In this document: piece by piece, positions 12,082-24,498 of the stretch
Numbering within the stretch: position 1 is the first letter of the stretch
Layout of the letters: every line of letters starts with the position of its first letter
From: Lytechinus pictus
Taxonomy: Eukaryota
DNA: 64,000 nt
NCBI RefSeq assembly: GCF_037042905.1
Contig: NC_087245.1
Span: 38,440,001-38,504,000 of the forward strand
Reading direction: 5' to 3'
Translations under genes and position numbers: made by a program
Notes under the pieces: generated by a model
Told to the model about the DNA's origin: nothing
Databases searched by the model: none
Seen by the model: only the letters and a program-made list of their open reading frames with translations

Positions 12082-12352
12082 TTTAGATATCTGTTTTCCT
12101 GGAAATGACTATTTATATGAACTTATTACGGACATGGGAGCTAATTTCGAGGGGCTTACGATCCGGCAAACGAGCGTTTCGTTTGACCCACCACGATAAA
12201 GAGTGATACATGTCCCGCTGAGTTTGCTTTGCAAACATTATTTCGGTAACGATTGTTATCTGAGATTGGTTCATGCTATTTGTCGTTCGTCATGTGATCA
12301 AAATACGTATGCGATTAATCAATATCACATTTAATTGCATTTAAAATACAAC

Positions 12353-12949
12353 TTAAGGGTCAAGTTCACCTCAGAAAAATGTTAATTTGAATCAATAGAG
12401 AATATTCAGACATGCATAATGCTGAAAATTTATCAAAATCGGATGTAAAATAAGAAAGTTATGACAGTTTAAAGTTTCGCTTATTTTTCACAAAATAGTT
12501 ATATACACAAGCTAGTCACATGCAAACGAGAGAATCAATGATGCACCTCACTCACTATTTCTTTTGTTTTTTTATTGTTTTAAATATACAATATTTCAAT
12601 TTTTACAGATTTGAAAATTAAGACCAATTTGACTGAACCATAAAATGTTAAACAATGGTAATTCCACATGTTCAGGGAGATATAAAACTTTGTCTCGCAG
12701 GACAATGAGGAGAAACTAAGAATAATTCTATAATAAAATACAGAATAGTGAGTTAGTGATGTCATCAATTCCCTCATTTGCATACCGACCGGATGTGCAT
12801 ATAACTATTTTGTGAATGAAGAGAAACTTAAAAATATCATAACTTTCTTATTTTACATCCGATTTTGAAGAAATTTTCAGTGTTATGCTTGTTGGATTTT
12901 TCTCTTTTTATTCACATCAATTTTTTGTTGGGTTGGAATTGTCCTTTAA
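12353..12949. mobile_element. TTAA-flanked long-TIR foldback element (Kolobok-like non-autonomous)
   Basis: ttaaggg...cctttaa ends; arms atcaaaatcggatgtaaaataagaaagttatgac / cataactttcttattttacatccgattttg; same family as 56945-57541. Confidence 0.82.
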
Positions 12950-13479
12950 TTGGCAGTATATATGAGAAGCAGCGACCACCCTGCTTTGATAAAGCCAAAT
13001 GTGAACTTGTTGTCAATGTACATGTAATAGTGAAAAAAATCACCTAATAATCTGAATGGTCCCACTCTTTTTCTTATAGTCTCAAGAGCATATGATCCAG
13101 GCATATGATTCAGACTGCTGAGTTATACTCATTCTGGTCTTCAAAGATCTTCCCCGATATCTTGTCTACTTTTTTCTGTTATTTGCCTTGTACCCGATAC
13201 TCATTTCAGCATTCTTATACTCTTGATAACCTACAATGGAACTTCTGCAATGAATCTTTAAACAATAATCAAGTTTTGCAGGTTTTTTTAATAAAAGTGT
13301 ACAAATATTTACATTGAATGAGTTATGAAAATTATTGCTCATAAAGTATAAAGTATGTCATTTTGGGCAATCAAAATACATGTATACAATGCACAGGAAA
13401 AATGAAAGCTCGTGCATAGATAACATGGATACAAAGTCCAAGTAAACTTGTAAAAACTTTTCAGTAAATAGACAAATAG

Positions 13480-14030
13480 TTCCCACGTACTCGTACGTTA
13501 TTTGCTCAAAGAACAATTGTATTCGAAGGACCAAGGCTTTGGAATAATCTTCCAAACGAAATAACTAGCTGTTTATCCCTAAGTATGTTTAAATGTAAAC
13601 TGAAATCATTTCTTTTGTCCAGTTATGGACACCGTTAAGACGCACTGGCTGAATACATATAATGTATTTGATTTGTACCTTTTAAAGGTATTCTGTGATA
13701 TAGTTTTTTTTTTTTTTCATTCTTCGCTCATTCCCCTCCTATATTTCACATTGTCCACTTCTCCTCTAATTCTTTACCCCGTGATTTTGCGCTAATCTTT
13801 GGTTTTTCCTTTGTAGTCTGATTTTTATTTAGTGTCCGATCTCCTTACGAACTTCATAATTACTTTAAGGAACCTGCAGACTTTACAAGCTCTGCTTTTT
13901 ATGCAGGTTCCTTCATATTTCACTTTATTTACTGCCATTATCTTTGTATTTCCTATGTAATCAAATGTATTTCTTGTATTATGTTATTATTTTGTTATCT
14001 TGTGAAGTATGAAAATAAATTCAATTCAGT
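13480..14030 (+). mobile_element. 3' fragment of CR1/L2-group LINE
   Basis: FPRTRTLFAQRTIVFEGPRLWNNLPNEITSCLSLSMFKCKLKSFLL aligns with end of the 38026 ORF; hairpin aggaacctgca...tgcaggttcct; AATAAA ttcaattca tail. Confidence 0.8.
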
Positions 14031-15515
14031 ATGAAAGCAGATTGCAAATTTTTCTTTAGCAAAATATTAATATTGATCTGCCATTATATCACTGTTAAAA
14101 TGAATACAACGTTAATCTGCTCAGTGTGGTTGCCTTTTAGTGTCCTCATTCATTAAACCACCAATGATTAAACCAAGATTTAATCTAGAGATAGTTAGAA
14201 TGATAATAATATATACAGATCACAAAATTATCCCAGTAGTAATTAGGAGACGAATCATTAGAAGTATAATGACACTTTAAATCTATATACAAGCTAAAAG
14301 TGGAAACTCGATTCCGCATTATCAATTTTAAAAACACATTTTCTCCATGACAACAATTCGACTTGCACACAAGCGTTCCACTTTGATGGACACAAAATAA
14401 AATACAAACAAAAACTAAAAAAGGCACCCGAGGCAATTATGATTTGACACATATCTAAATCAAATGGAAAAAAAAAATCAGGCTACTACAGCTAGGAGTA
14501 TTGCACATTACCCCCAAGAAGGAACATTCATGTTAAGGCTTTTCGTTTTTAGACGAAAGTTTCAAGGACTAAAGATGTATGAAAGAATGAGAACACGCCG
14601 CGGCAATATAATAGTGTTTTTATCGCAATCATATTTGTATGTGGAATTTATGGTGTAGCATTTGTCGCCAGAGCAAATGTCATATAACCGATAGAAGAGA
14701 CCGATGCCTAAGAATATAAAAAAAATATCTCTATATTGTAAACTTTGAAAATTCCAGCTCTTTGTGACTGCAAAGTCTTTACTGCATGACACGCAGTATC
14801 TTTTTACCACAGAACCAATAATATAGATGAAAAATCTGAAGAAGAAAAAAATGGCCTAGCTCAATGACAAATAAATGCGTTGCGAACTTCTTGCTGAAAA
14901 TCCGAATGGGTGCTAAATCAGTCCTCCAGTTTTATAGAGCTTTGTGGAAAAAAGAGAACTATGATTAATATCATTGCTCTGTGACGGCTATCTTGATGCA
15001 GTCTGGGAGTACATCTTCTCAATATAATTGTATTCGATGTAATCTGTAATCTCCAGACCAAGAAGGCTAGGACATAAACATGATAAAGGGAAAGGGAGAA
15101 ACTGATTGAAATAATTTCTTAGCTCCCACTCACAGTATAATATCGGAATACATTCATAGATCAATAATAAATCAAGTTATAATTACATACAGCTGCAAAT
15201 GAGTCAATAACATAAAAAAATCTAAATAATTTTGATATTAAGCGATGTTAACCCAAACCGTAACTTGATCAAGGATACTAATCCCCATTTTCTTTATTTC
15301 AATAGCTTTTTCTAATAACATTTGGCTTTGATGAAATATTTCACAATTTTGGCCTACACGATGAAGTATTATAGCCTATAATGTTCTCAAGGAAACCCAT
15401 TAAATAACAAAGAAGATGAAATTGTCCGACTGATCGATAGTACCATTATTTTCTTCTTGTTCTTTATCCTCAGAGTTATTTTTGTATGTTATATTGAATT
15501 AAATCCGCATAATTA

Positions 15516-15761
15516 CACTGCAAAAACGCCGGTGCTAATTTAACAACATCCCGGAATTTATTATGTCCATACCAGAGAACTATTAAAACAACACTATCAG
15601 TTTGGAATCAAACCGATGCTGTTTTAATACTACTTGGTGTTGTATAAACACCTATCTGGTGCTAGACCAAAACCAAACTGGTGTTGTTTAACACTTCTCT
15701 GGTGTGGACATGTATAGATTCCGGGCTGGTGTTGATTTAACACCGGCATTTTTGCAGTGTA
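15516..15761. mobile_element. Palindromic MITE
   Basis: acactgcaaaaacgccggtg / caccggcatttttgcagtgt with extended inverted arms, TA flanks. Confidence 0.8.
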
Positions 15762-15859
15762 CTTTACAAGTAATCATTATTATTTACAGGAAAGGAATGA
15801 TTCAAAATAAATACAAAAATTAAAGAAATAATAATGAAAAGAGGCAGTAGCTTTAAGGA

Positions 15860-16987
15860 TCAGCAGATAGATTCTGAAGGTATAAAGTTGAGTTTTTTGC
15901 TACACCTTTCAACATTTTTTTCTTTGTTCAGAATTTCTTTCTCTGGTGTTAACATTTTGCCTCCATGAGACGTATTGTCGAATTGTTCGCGAGGCTTTAA
16001 AGGTATGCTTACATTTAGCTCATCACTGCCTGTTTCATCCGAATGTCTCTTTCGAAACTTTATCACAATGATTACTATAACCACAATCAGAATGGTAAAT
16101 GCTACTACAACTCCAACGATCACAATCAATAATTTATCATCTCTTTTTCCACTTTCAGCTCTCTCTGTGACAGAATCTTGGTACTTTGATACGTTCTTGT
16201 CAATTCCAACATTATCATTATTATGGAATTCATTGTTAGAAGTCAAGGGAAGGGAAGTTGATGTAGAAGTGCACAAAGATACGTTAAGGTAATTGATAGT
16301 GTGATCTGCTAATTCGCTCGGGTACGAACACACTGGATCATCAATCTTGACGTCCTTATTGTTGCTTATGGATAGTTGTTGAAACCATTGACGCAATGGC
16401 TCCATACTACAGTCGCAAAGCCAAGGATTGTCTTTCAGAAACAGAATTTCGGCGTTACTTGTCAAGATCTCCAAGGTCAAATTGTCAAGTTGATGAAGTT
16501 TGTTCCATCTTAAATCCAAACGAATATTCGGAAGATGAAGAACATTGCCAATAGAAATCAATCGATTACCAGAGAGATCAATGGTCATTAGGTAATCCAT
16601 ATGTGCAAAAACATTAATGTAAAGAGTTGTGAGAGAATTGTTGGACAGGTCTAAGTAGACCAAGGAAGATAGGTCTTTGAAGACATCCTCAGGAAGATCA
16701 ACCAGTTTGTTCATGCCGAGGAAAAGACGCTCGAGGTTTTTTAAATGTTGGAAGACACCGGAAGTGAGTTGAGAAAGACGGTTCTGGTACAGATCAATAA
16801 CTTCCAGCTTTGGTACGAGTTGGAAGGTTCCGTTCTCGATGACTCTAAGTGAGTTCCTACTCAAGTAGATGTTTCGGAGTCGGTTTTCTGTTCCGTTTAG
16901 TGCGTACCGATCGAACACCTGAAGATTGTTGTAGAGCAGTTTGATAGACTTAAGTTGAGGTGCCCCGATGAATGCATTTGCTTCGAT
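15860..16987 (-). CDS. LRR transmembrane receptor copy 3, coding exon 2
   Basis: Acceptor tctttacag|ATC at 16988-16990; IEANAFIGAPQ... LRRs, NPWLCDC LRRCT, different stalk, TM LLIVIVGVVVAFTILIVVIVIIVI, tail ends KKLNFIPSESIC. Confidence 0.93.
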   Translation of the reverse strand: MEANAFIGAPQLKSIKLLYNNLQVFDRYALNGTENRLRNIYLSRNSLRVIENGTFQLVPKLEVIDLYQNRLSQLTSGVFQHLKNLERLFLGMNKLVDLPEDVFKDLSSLVYLDLSNNSLTTLYINVFAHMDYLMTIDLSGNRLISIGNVLHLPNIRLDLRWNKLHQLDNLTLEILTSNAEILFLKDNPWLCDCSMEPLRQWFQQLSISNNKDVKIDDPVCSYPSELADHTINYLNVSLCTSTSTSLPLTSNNEFHNNDNVGIDKNVSKYQDSVTERAESGKRDDKLLIVIVGVVVAFTILIVVIVIIVIKFRKRHSDETGSDELNVSIPLKPREQFDNTSHGGKMLTPEKEILNKEKNVERCSKKLNFIPSESIC

Positions 16988-17160
16988 CTGTAAAGATAGA
17001 ATGATATACTATTTGTTCAAAACACATGTATAAAATACAACTGACATGAGAGACTTTGTAACAACTTACATAATTGCCTGTTGTAGTTAATTTTGTAACA
17101 AAATTACCGGGTTCGAACCAATAACAAAATTGAGTAGGTTGGAAAAAAACACTTGGCGCC

Positions 17161-17333
17161 CACTAGCGTACCTACGGGGGGGGGGGGGGGGGGTGGGGGG
17201 CAGAGGGGCAGTCTACCCCCCCCCTGACGAGCCACCACCCATGCATGTATCCCTGCCCCCCTGACGAGCTTGAAAGACCTTTTTGCCCCCCCCCCCCCGA
17301 CGAAAATCCTGGAAAATCCTAGGTACGCCACTG
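17161..17333. mobile_element. hAT-like MITE, same family as 4923-5164
   Basis: Same termini; TSD ttggcgcc at 17153-17160 and 17334-17341; empty site at about 1713. Confidence 0.9.
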
Positions 17334-17961
17334 TTGGCGCCTGAAACAAAATAATCAGATGGAGTAAGGAGAAAATGTTAAAGAATAAAGAGAAGAGAAG
17401 ATGGGTGAGAAGAGAGAGAGGGAGAGGGAGGGGGGAGATGATGGAGAGAGAGGGGGAGGGAGAGATATCATAATGTGAGCGGCCACCGCTCACAATGTTT
17501 GCCATTAATCAGTTAATTGGGGGAAATGGTTTCATTTACACAATTTAATACAAAATACAAAGTGGAATATAAGTTTTCAAGGAAAAAAAACTAAAATAGG
17601 TACACTCTTAAAATAGTTGGGCAAAATATGCCAACTTTTAACCAACCCTCGGCAACATACTGTCCATACAACTATTGGTTAAAATCTGCCTATATTGAGA
17701 AATAAAAACTAACAATTGGGTAATAAATTTGCTCAATTTGATATAATTGCCCAAAATATATAATATATTTTTTAATAACATACATTACCCAACACAGTGG
17801 ACAGTATGTTGCCCAACATTTTAAGTATGCTTATGAGATGTCAAAGTGGAATGAATTCATAAGATAATGCTAGTTACACTCTAAATTTCACGTCTTTAAG
17901 TTCTTTTATGTATCCTCTGATCTCCTGTAAATAGTGACTATCAGAACTCTGGATTTAGACC

Positions 17962-19371
17962 CAGGGGCGGAAATCCCAGGGGGGACGTGTCCCCCCTACT
18001 CAAAATAGTAGGGTGGACACAATATCAAATGTCCCCCTACTATTTGTGGTCTTTTACGATGGTAAGATATACATCATTCAAAATCGAAATAAAACATGTA
18101 TTTCAGGACGAGATGGCCTTACTTTTGGGATGATTTTTTGTTTGCTTGTCAAACTTTTTGTTGTGCAGAGGTCAGCAGGTCAAAATAGGGAACTTAGTCT
18201 CGAATGTTCGTGTCACCAGCACTGGTGTACCACAGGGCTGCGTACTATCCCCAGTGCTTTTTTCAGTTTATACAAATGACTGTGTATGCGCAGGTGACAA
18301 CTGTGTAATGATAAAATACGCGGACGACACAGTCATAACGGGGTATATCCGATCGAACGATAATGCCGACTCTTACTTTTCAACTATTCAACGGTTCGTT
18401 GATTGGTGCGATAACCACCATTTACAACTAAATGTAGCCAAAACGAAAGAAATGGTGATACATTTTCATAAGAACACCCATATAGATCACGTGCCCCTTT
18501 GTATCAAGGGCACTGCTGTCGAGCAGGTTAGTGAGTATAAATACCTTGGCACTACCTTATCATCTAAGTTAGACTGGTCAAGTAATGTTAGTGTTATACA
18601 GAAGAAATGTAACCAAAGGCTCTTTTTCCTCAGACAACTAAGGAAAATACGTGTTGATAGCACTCTCCTTGTCTTGTTTTACAAGTCAATTGTTCAGTCA
18701 ATCTTAATATTTAATTTCATTTGTTTCTTTGGTAATTTGACATCTGCTAGCAAGAAAAGACTAGAAAGAATAAGGAAAACTGCTCAACGTATCATCGGGA
18801 AAGAATTGCCAAGCATTGAAGATACATATGTTGATCGAGTCCTCCTGAAGACCCTACACACCCCTTTTTTATTTATTACAACTACAATCGATCGGGAATT
18901 CGTTTGTGCGTCCCTCGCACTAAGCGAAGTCGATATAGATTCTCATTTGTACCAGACTCAATTCACATATTTAACAGTAGGGCAAGATGAGGTCAAACTG
19001 CCTTGTAGGCTGATGTATCTTAGATGGGAGGGGTTGGGGATCAGTCCCCTGGGAACAGCATGTTACTTATTTAATTCATGTTTATATAACCATTAAAATA
19101 TTTATTTAGTCATAACGCCATTTTGCTGTTATATACTGTCAATTATCATTTATTGGTATACATTGTATTTGTTTTTGTAAATTTGTTGGTAACCAGCGAG
19201 CACCAAATTTCCATTTGATTGGACAATAAATGAATTCAATTCAATTCAATTCAAATTTATTTTCGTCGAAATGACTTTAAATCTTAAATTTGGGGTGATA
19301 ACTTCTTTTTTTGCTCGTCAAATTTTCCAGCCTCTTGTCCCCCTACCTTTTGGGATAAATTTCCGCCCCTG
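17962..19371. mobile_element. hAT-like MITE carrying a nested LINE
   Basis: TIR caggggcggaaat / atttccgcccctg; TSD tttagacc at 17954-17961 and 19372-19379; empty site at about 2348. Confidence 0.88.
18149..19253 (+). mobile_element. 5'-truncated non-LTR retrotransposon (Rex1/Babar-like), RT C-terminal part
   Basis: GVPQGCVLSPVLF, KYADDT, LNVAKTKEM, YKYLG, QRLFFLRQL; frameshift near 18855-18870 with true end RSGIRLCVPRTKRSRYRFSFVPDSIHIFN; AATAAA then (AATTC)n tail; clade is an inference from motif style. Confidence 0.88.
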
Positions 19372-20278
19372 TTTAGACCCAAATCAATTTGAATTTAGAT
19401 TTGAATATGAAATCTTTATGATTTAGATCTCACTAAAATTATCCGTAGTCAACTTGTATTTATTTTGAATATCAGAATTTCATATCAGAAAGATTTGATT
19501 TGGGATCCAGACCATAACACAAATGTTGGCGATTAATCCCTAAATGGCCAATCCAGATCGATGTTACATTTGCGTTTGTTCAAAATACTCGCTCGAAACC
19601 AATCAGAGGTGTCGTTTCATATTTTGTATTCATCATAAACCTTTGTGTTACTGGGCCCTGATAAAATAAGGGGAATACCCATTGTTAACGGTCGTTAATA
19701 ATAATAATGGCAGTATCATTCTCATTGGTTGCACGTCATTTGAAACCAGTCTCCCGGCGTTCATTGTTAGTTGTCTTATGATTAGTCAAATAACGAACAT
19801 GTGTTGGAGATCATTGTGTTCGACCCAAAATGGAGTCTAGGTCAAAAAGGAAAAATTCTGGTAAATATTTTTACCAACACTTTGGTCAATTTGTAGGAAC
19901 ATTTTGTCGGTTATTCACCAGCACATGAGTTATTTTGTCTAATTCTTTTAAGAATGTGCATTCATGATTGTATAACACTCGCACTTCAGGAGAACAACCT
20001 ATAAGTTTTGCCTATTTATTGTTTACTTGCAAATTTTGTGGTAGAAAACTTGTATAGAGAATAAAGTTACTCTTTTCAGGGTTGTTGTCATTCTGTGGGC
20101 ACAAATCATAAAAAAAGGACATACATAATGTTGCATTTTGGATATGGAACCATGATTTGAACAGTCTTAAGGATTTGAACTAAATGCAGTTGCCATTTAA
20201 GTGTTCCCGATTGGATTATAGCTACAAAATGTAATATTGTTTTTCTGCGGATTACAGTCCTATCAGATGTCATTTCAC

Positions 20279-22075
20279 TTACCTTGCCTCCCTTTATGGC
20301 CATGCGTTTTGAGTTGGGCCCATTTCCGTTATAACTCAAATTTTCCTCCAAACTCGCATCGTTTCATACAATTGTATTTGTTCTTATGTTTTACATCCTA
20401 TACTTATACCCATAAAAATATATATATTCTGAAAGAAAATTGTCTGAGGAATTCAAAAATGCAATCAGAAAAGGCACAGGGTAATGTCTTTAAAAGTTAG
20501 AGGTAAAAATATGTGGAAAACTGTGAAAAAATATACTTCCCAATATACCTTATGAGAAAAACTTTACACTCCATAGGAAAATAACATGCATATTTCAACT
20601 CTTGAGAGTGAGACTTTTCCAATGATATATCACTTGTTAGGGATAACTCTAACCAAAATAATTGCGCAATCATCTTTTAAGACAAAATTTCACATCACAA
20701 TTGTTTTGGTACATATGTAAAAATGTCTGATTTACCCCCAAATTATGTAGTCTTGCCTTTAGTTGCATGAATATACTTGCAAACACTAACAATTATATTA
20801 TAATATATTTACTGTGGTTATTATGAATAAAATATGATTTGACTCAAATCGTGAGATTTGTCATCTCTTGGCTCAAAGACCGGTGGACGAAAGGTTGACA
20901 ACTGAGAGTCAGGTTTAACATACACGCAAATGTAGGAAAAATGTGAAAGTACAATGAAAAATTCTCAGAAGTGCTTTAGCTTAAACTTGGTGTGAGCAAA
21001 AACAACTAACATATTATAAATAAATTCATTTATCTTACAGCTGGCAAAATTACTTCGATTGTGTTATTTTATAGTGTTATGTTTTAAATATACCCTCTTG
21101 CTCGACATTCTGCAGGACATGGTATCTTGGTACTGGGTCAATTGAATGTCAATGCCAATACAAAAGGCATTCTATGGGTACAATTGAATTGCCTCTGTTT
21201 TAGTGTAATATCAGTGTCGTTCTCAAGTAGTTTTTTGATAAATGGGAAAATATTCACTGAACACCTTTGTGCCAGCCAAATAAGTGTCGTCAAATTGTAA
21301 TGTGTCACCTACTGATTCATAAACGCAATGTAATGTAACATTAAGAAAAAAGAATAAATGACATTAGATGAGGGCTTTATTGCTACAAACAAGTTTTCAG
21401 CAATCACAATTGCATAAAAGGTGCACTGGCTATTTGTTGTTACCAGAATAATCTGAAGATTCGGACACATGAAAGTCATCATTGTCAGTCTACACTCTCA
21501 AAATTGAAACCATGATGTCATAATTAACAATAGATTGATTTCTCTCTTAAGTCTTTAATTTTAATTTGTGCTTTTAAAATTTTTGCAGCTTCTAAATTTT
21601 GTTGAAGGTGTAACCCACATCTAGGCCCTATATTTTATCTCTCCTCATTTTCTTTACATCAGACAGTACTATTTTCATTCGTGGTAATTTCATGATTTAC
21701 ATCAATTAATTATAGTAATTAGCTTAATTAGGTATCTTTTGAACTTCAGTTCAAATTTGACTCACTTATCATTAAAAAATAAGCCAGGGAGCCCCAAAAC
21801 TATTACATATTTAGGTACTGTGATGTTATATATTAAGTTTCTTAATGAAATAAAGATTCATGCTCCCCTCGTCTACCACCATGCAAAACTGGCCAATTGA
21901 TTTAAATAATTGGTAAATACTGGTTAATGAAGTAATGTCAGATCTTTAAAGTAATTGGTATGAAGATTCCCTTTGATGTGATACCAAATGTAGCACATGT
22001 TTTTAAAGTTTTATACCATTCTGTGCTTGTCGCGCAAATGTAACGAACACAACGCATGGTGTTAAACAGTTAATG
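20279..22075. mobile_element. About 1.8-kb insertion in copy 3 intron, probable non-autonomous DNA transposon
   Basis: Absent from paralogous intron (about 3245-3280); degenerate inverted ends ccatgcgtt / aacgcatgg, right end at TTAA; no ORF. Confidence 0.55.
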
Positions 22076-22269
22076 GGGATGAACGCTCACAATCATACAA
22101 CACAATCATATTTCAAAGTCCATATTTTAAAATGTTTGTTTCCAATCTTATATGATGTAGGCATACTTCGCCAATGAATTATACAAGTCGAGGCACTATA
22201 TACTGCACGTATCTACAAAACATTATACCCTTCACATTCATTTTCTCTTATACCAAGGTTAATACTTAC

Positions 22270-22557
22270 ATGTGAGATGTTGTTGTTTGATAGTAAGAGG
22301 TATTTCAGGAAAGGAAAACCTCTAAAAATCTCAGGTCGTATTTTTGCGATGTTATTGTAACGGAGCGATAGATACGAAGCAGCATTGCATTCGATTGGTA
22401 TAGTATCCAATGATCTGTATTCACAGTTCGCCTGCTGAAAAGCCTCGACGTAAGAGCATTTACGATGACATGGCGAAGAACGTTGAGTTTCGGTGCCACG
22501 GCACATGAATAGTATGATCAAGACTTGAAAAAACTTATTAAAAGATTGAACTTCCAT
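22270..22557 (-). CDS. LRR transmembrane receptor copy 3, coding exon 1
   Basis: MEVQSFNKFFQVLIILFMC...LLLSNNNISH, 96 codons, donor GTAAGT at 22269-22264; intron 16988-22269 expanded by TE insertions; product about 471 aa. Confidence 0.92.
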
Positions 22558-24361
22558 TTTAGATATTTCTTGTCCTGAAAATAACGATACGTAGAAATTC
22601 AGCTTTCAAGAGCGTACAAACGCTTAGTTTGATGAAGCAAGCTGTGTGTCAAGCAATTGAATTAACTCAAATCTCCCACTCTTGCATGATTAGTATACAT
22701 ATTCATTACAAGTACGATTCTGTATGTCTTGTGATTGGCTGTAACTATGCGTCATTCATCTTGTGATCGGGAAGTGGGAGGTAACTTTCTTGATGCTCAT
22801 TCACTAATTCGTAGAGGGGCAAATATCATTAATCGCTATAATATATTCATTTACATTTAAATCGTAACCGAAATTCGCAAAGGTGAAGCAGCGCTTTGAT
22901 GAAGCTTTAACGGTTTTTTCCAAAGATTCCACACCTTACAAAATAAACCCGAAAGCTCTCATTTCTTATTCTCTCAAGAGCATATTGATTGAAATAATGC
23001 ATTTATAGTTCTATCATGGTGAAAGAAAATTGTTTAGTTTCAGATAATTCGTTACTTGATCTATGCCACATTCTTCCAACACCATTAGGAAAGAAAAAAA
23101 AATACATGTACGATTAATACAATAAAACTATACCCTAGTTTGTCAGTATAGGCCTACTCTCTGTTATCGTGATATTTTGTTGGTAATTATTGATAATTCT
23201 AGTTCTATTCCGTCATTTTGAAGAGAATAATTTTGCGATCATAATCCCGATTCAGAATTATGTGAACCAATAAAGTTTAGTATTATATCTCTTGGACCAC
23301 AACATGGCGAACATTAAAAATTATGGAGTGGGGATAAATAGGTTCGATATTGTAAATTTACTTTCTGTCGTTGCTGTTGATGATTACCTTCACCACTTTT
23401 CAGAAAATTGTAATGAAACGGATACACCTTGTGCCCCGCCAGAAACCCTGGGTCATCTGCTTAGAAAAAAGCAAAACTGGGTGTTGCATGAAGATAAATG
23501 AAAATATAAGAGCATATTACAAAATCCTCCCTGCTGCTCGCATGACTGGGAGTTCAATGTTCACAAACGATCATTATTTTTGGCGCAGAGCCAGATACGG
23601 TAACGGGACGGTAACCATGGTAATTCCATAAATGAGTAAGTTCATTCGTTCAGTAAAGGGTTTACAGTTCATATTTTCACACAATGGTTCGAAAAGCATC
23701 AAATCATGTCTGAAACAGGCTAATACCAGCTTCTATCGGCTCAAATAAAGCATTTAATAATTATCAACCCATAAGAAAGGCGTGGTTACTTCGGGCAAAG
23801 GGTCATGATCCAACTATCAATTGCAAAATGAAACCTTTCTGGTCTTACACTTTTTCTCTGACTCGGGCTCTAAATTCTCTCTTTGTTAAATGTAATGCTA
23901 GCTTTATTTTCACAATGTTGCTCAACTTAGTTATTAAAAGAGATTTTTATTTATATCAATTACATTATTATCAATTATGAAAACAACAGTATGGTAATAA
24001 TAATAAAGGAAGGGAAATATAAGTGAGCATGTGCATGATGGGAAAATGCCTAATGTATACAAATCTTATACCATGAATAATCCTTTCGAAACGTAGTAGT
24101 ATCATTATAATATTAAAACTAAATAACAATAGTGTCATTTTGTCGTATAAATATAAGAATAAAAAAAATTATCCATCCCAAGAAAGGAATTACGGGGCAG
24201 TAATAATTGTTGGTACTATATATGTACTTGGTAATGTATGTCATTTTGATATAATTATGAATATTAAAATAAATTATTCGCATTGCATCAGCGCCGTTCT
24301 CATGATTTGGGAGCTCACAGCCTACTAGCCCACGGCGCAGAATTTTGAACTTCGCGTTCTT

Positions 24362-24498
24362 CTGGGGCCCGTTGCATAAAACTTTTGCCATAACGAACTC
24401 TTTTTAATATGTAATTTTCAATGGCATAATTTTTGCCAGTTTTTTTTTTTCATTTTCCAGATTTTTATTGGCAAAAGTTTTATGCAACGGGCCCCTGG
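24362..24498. mobile_element. Palindromic MITE (gggcccgtt..cataaa type)
   Basis: ggggcccgttgcataaaactttt / aaaagttttatgcaacgggcccc; only the right arm survives in paralog at about 5820-5880. Confidence 0.75.
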
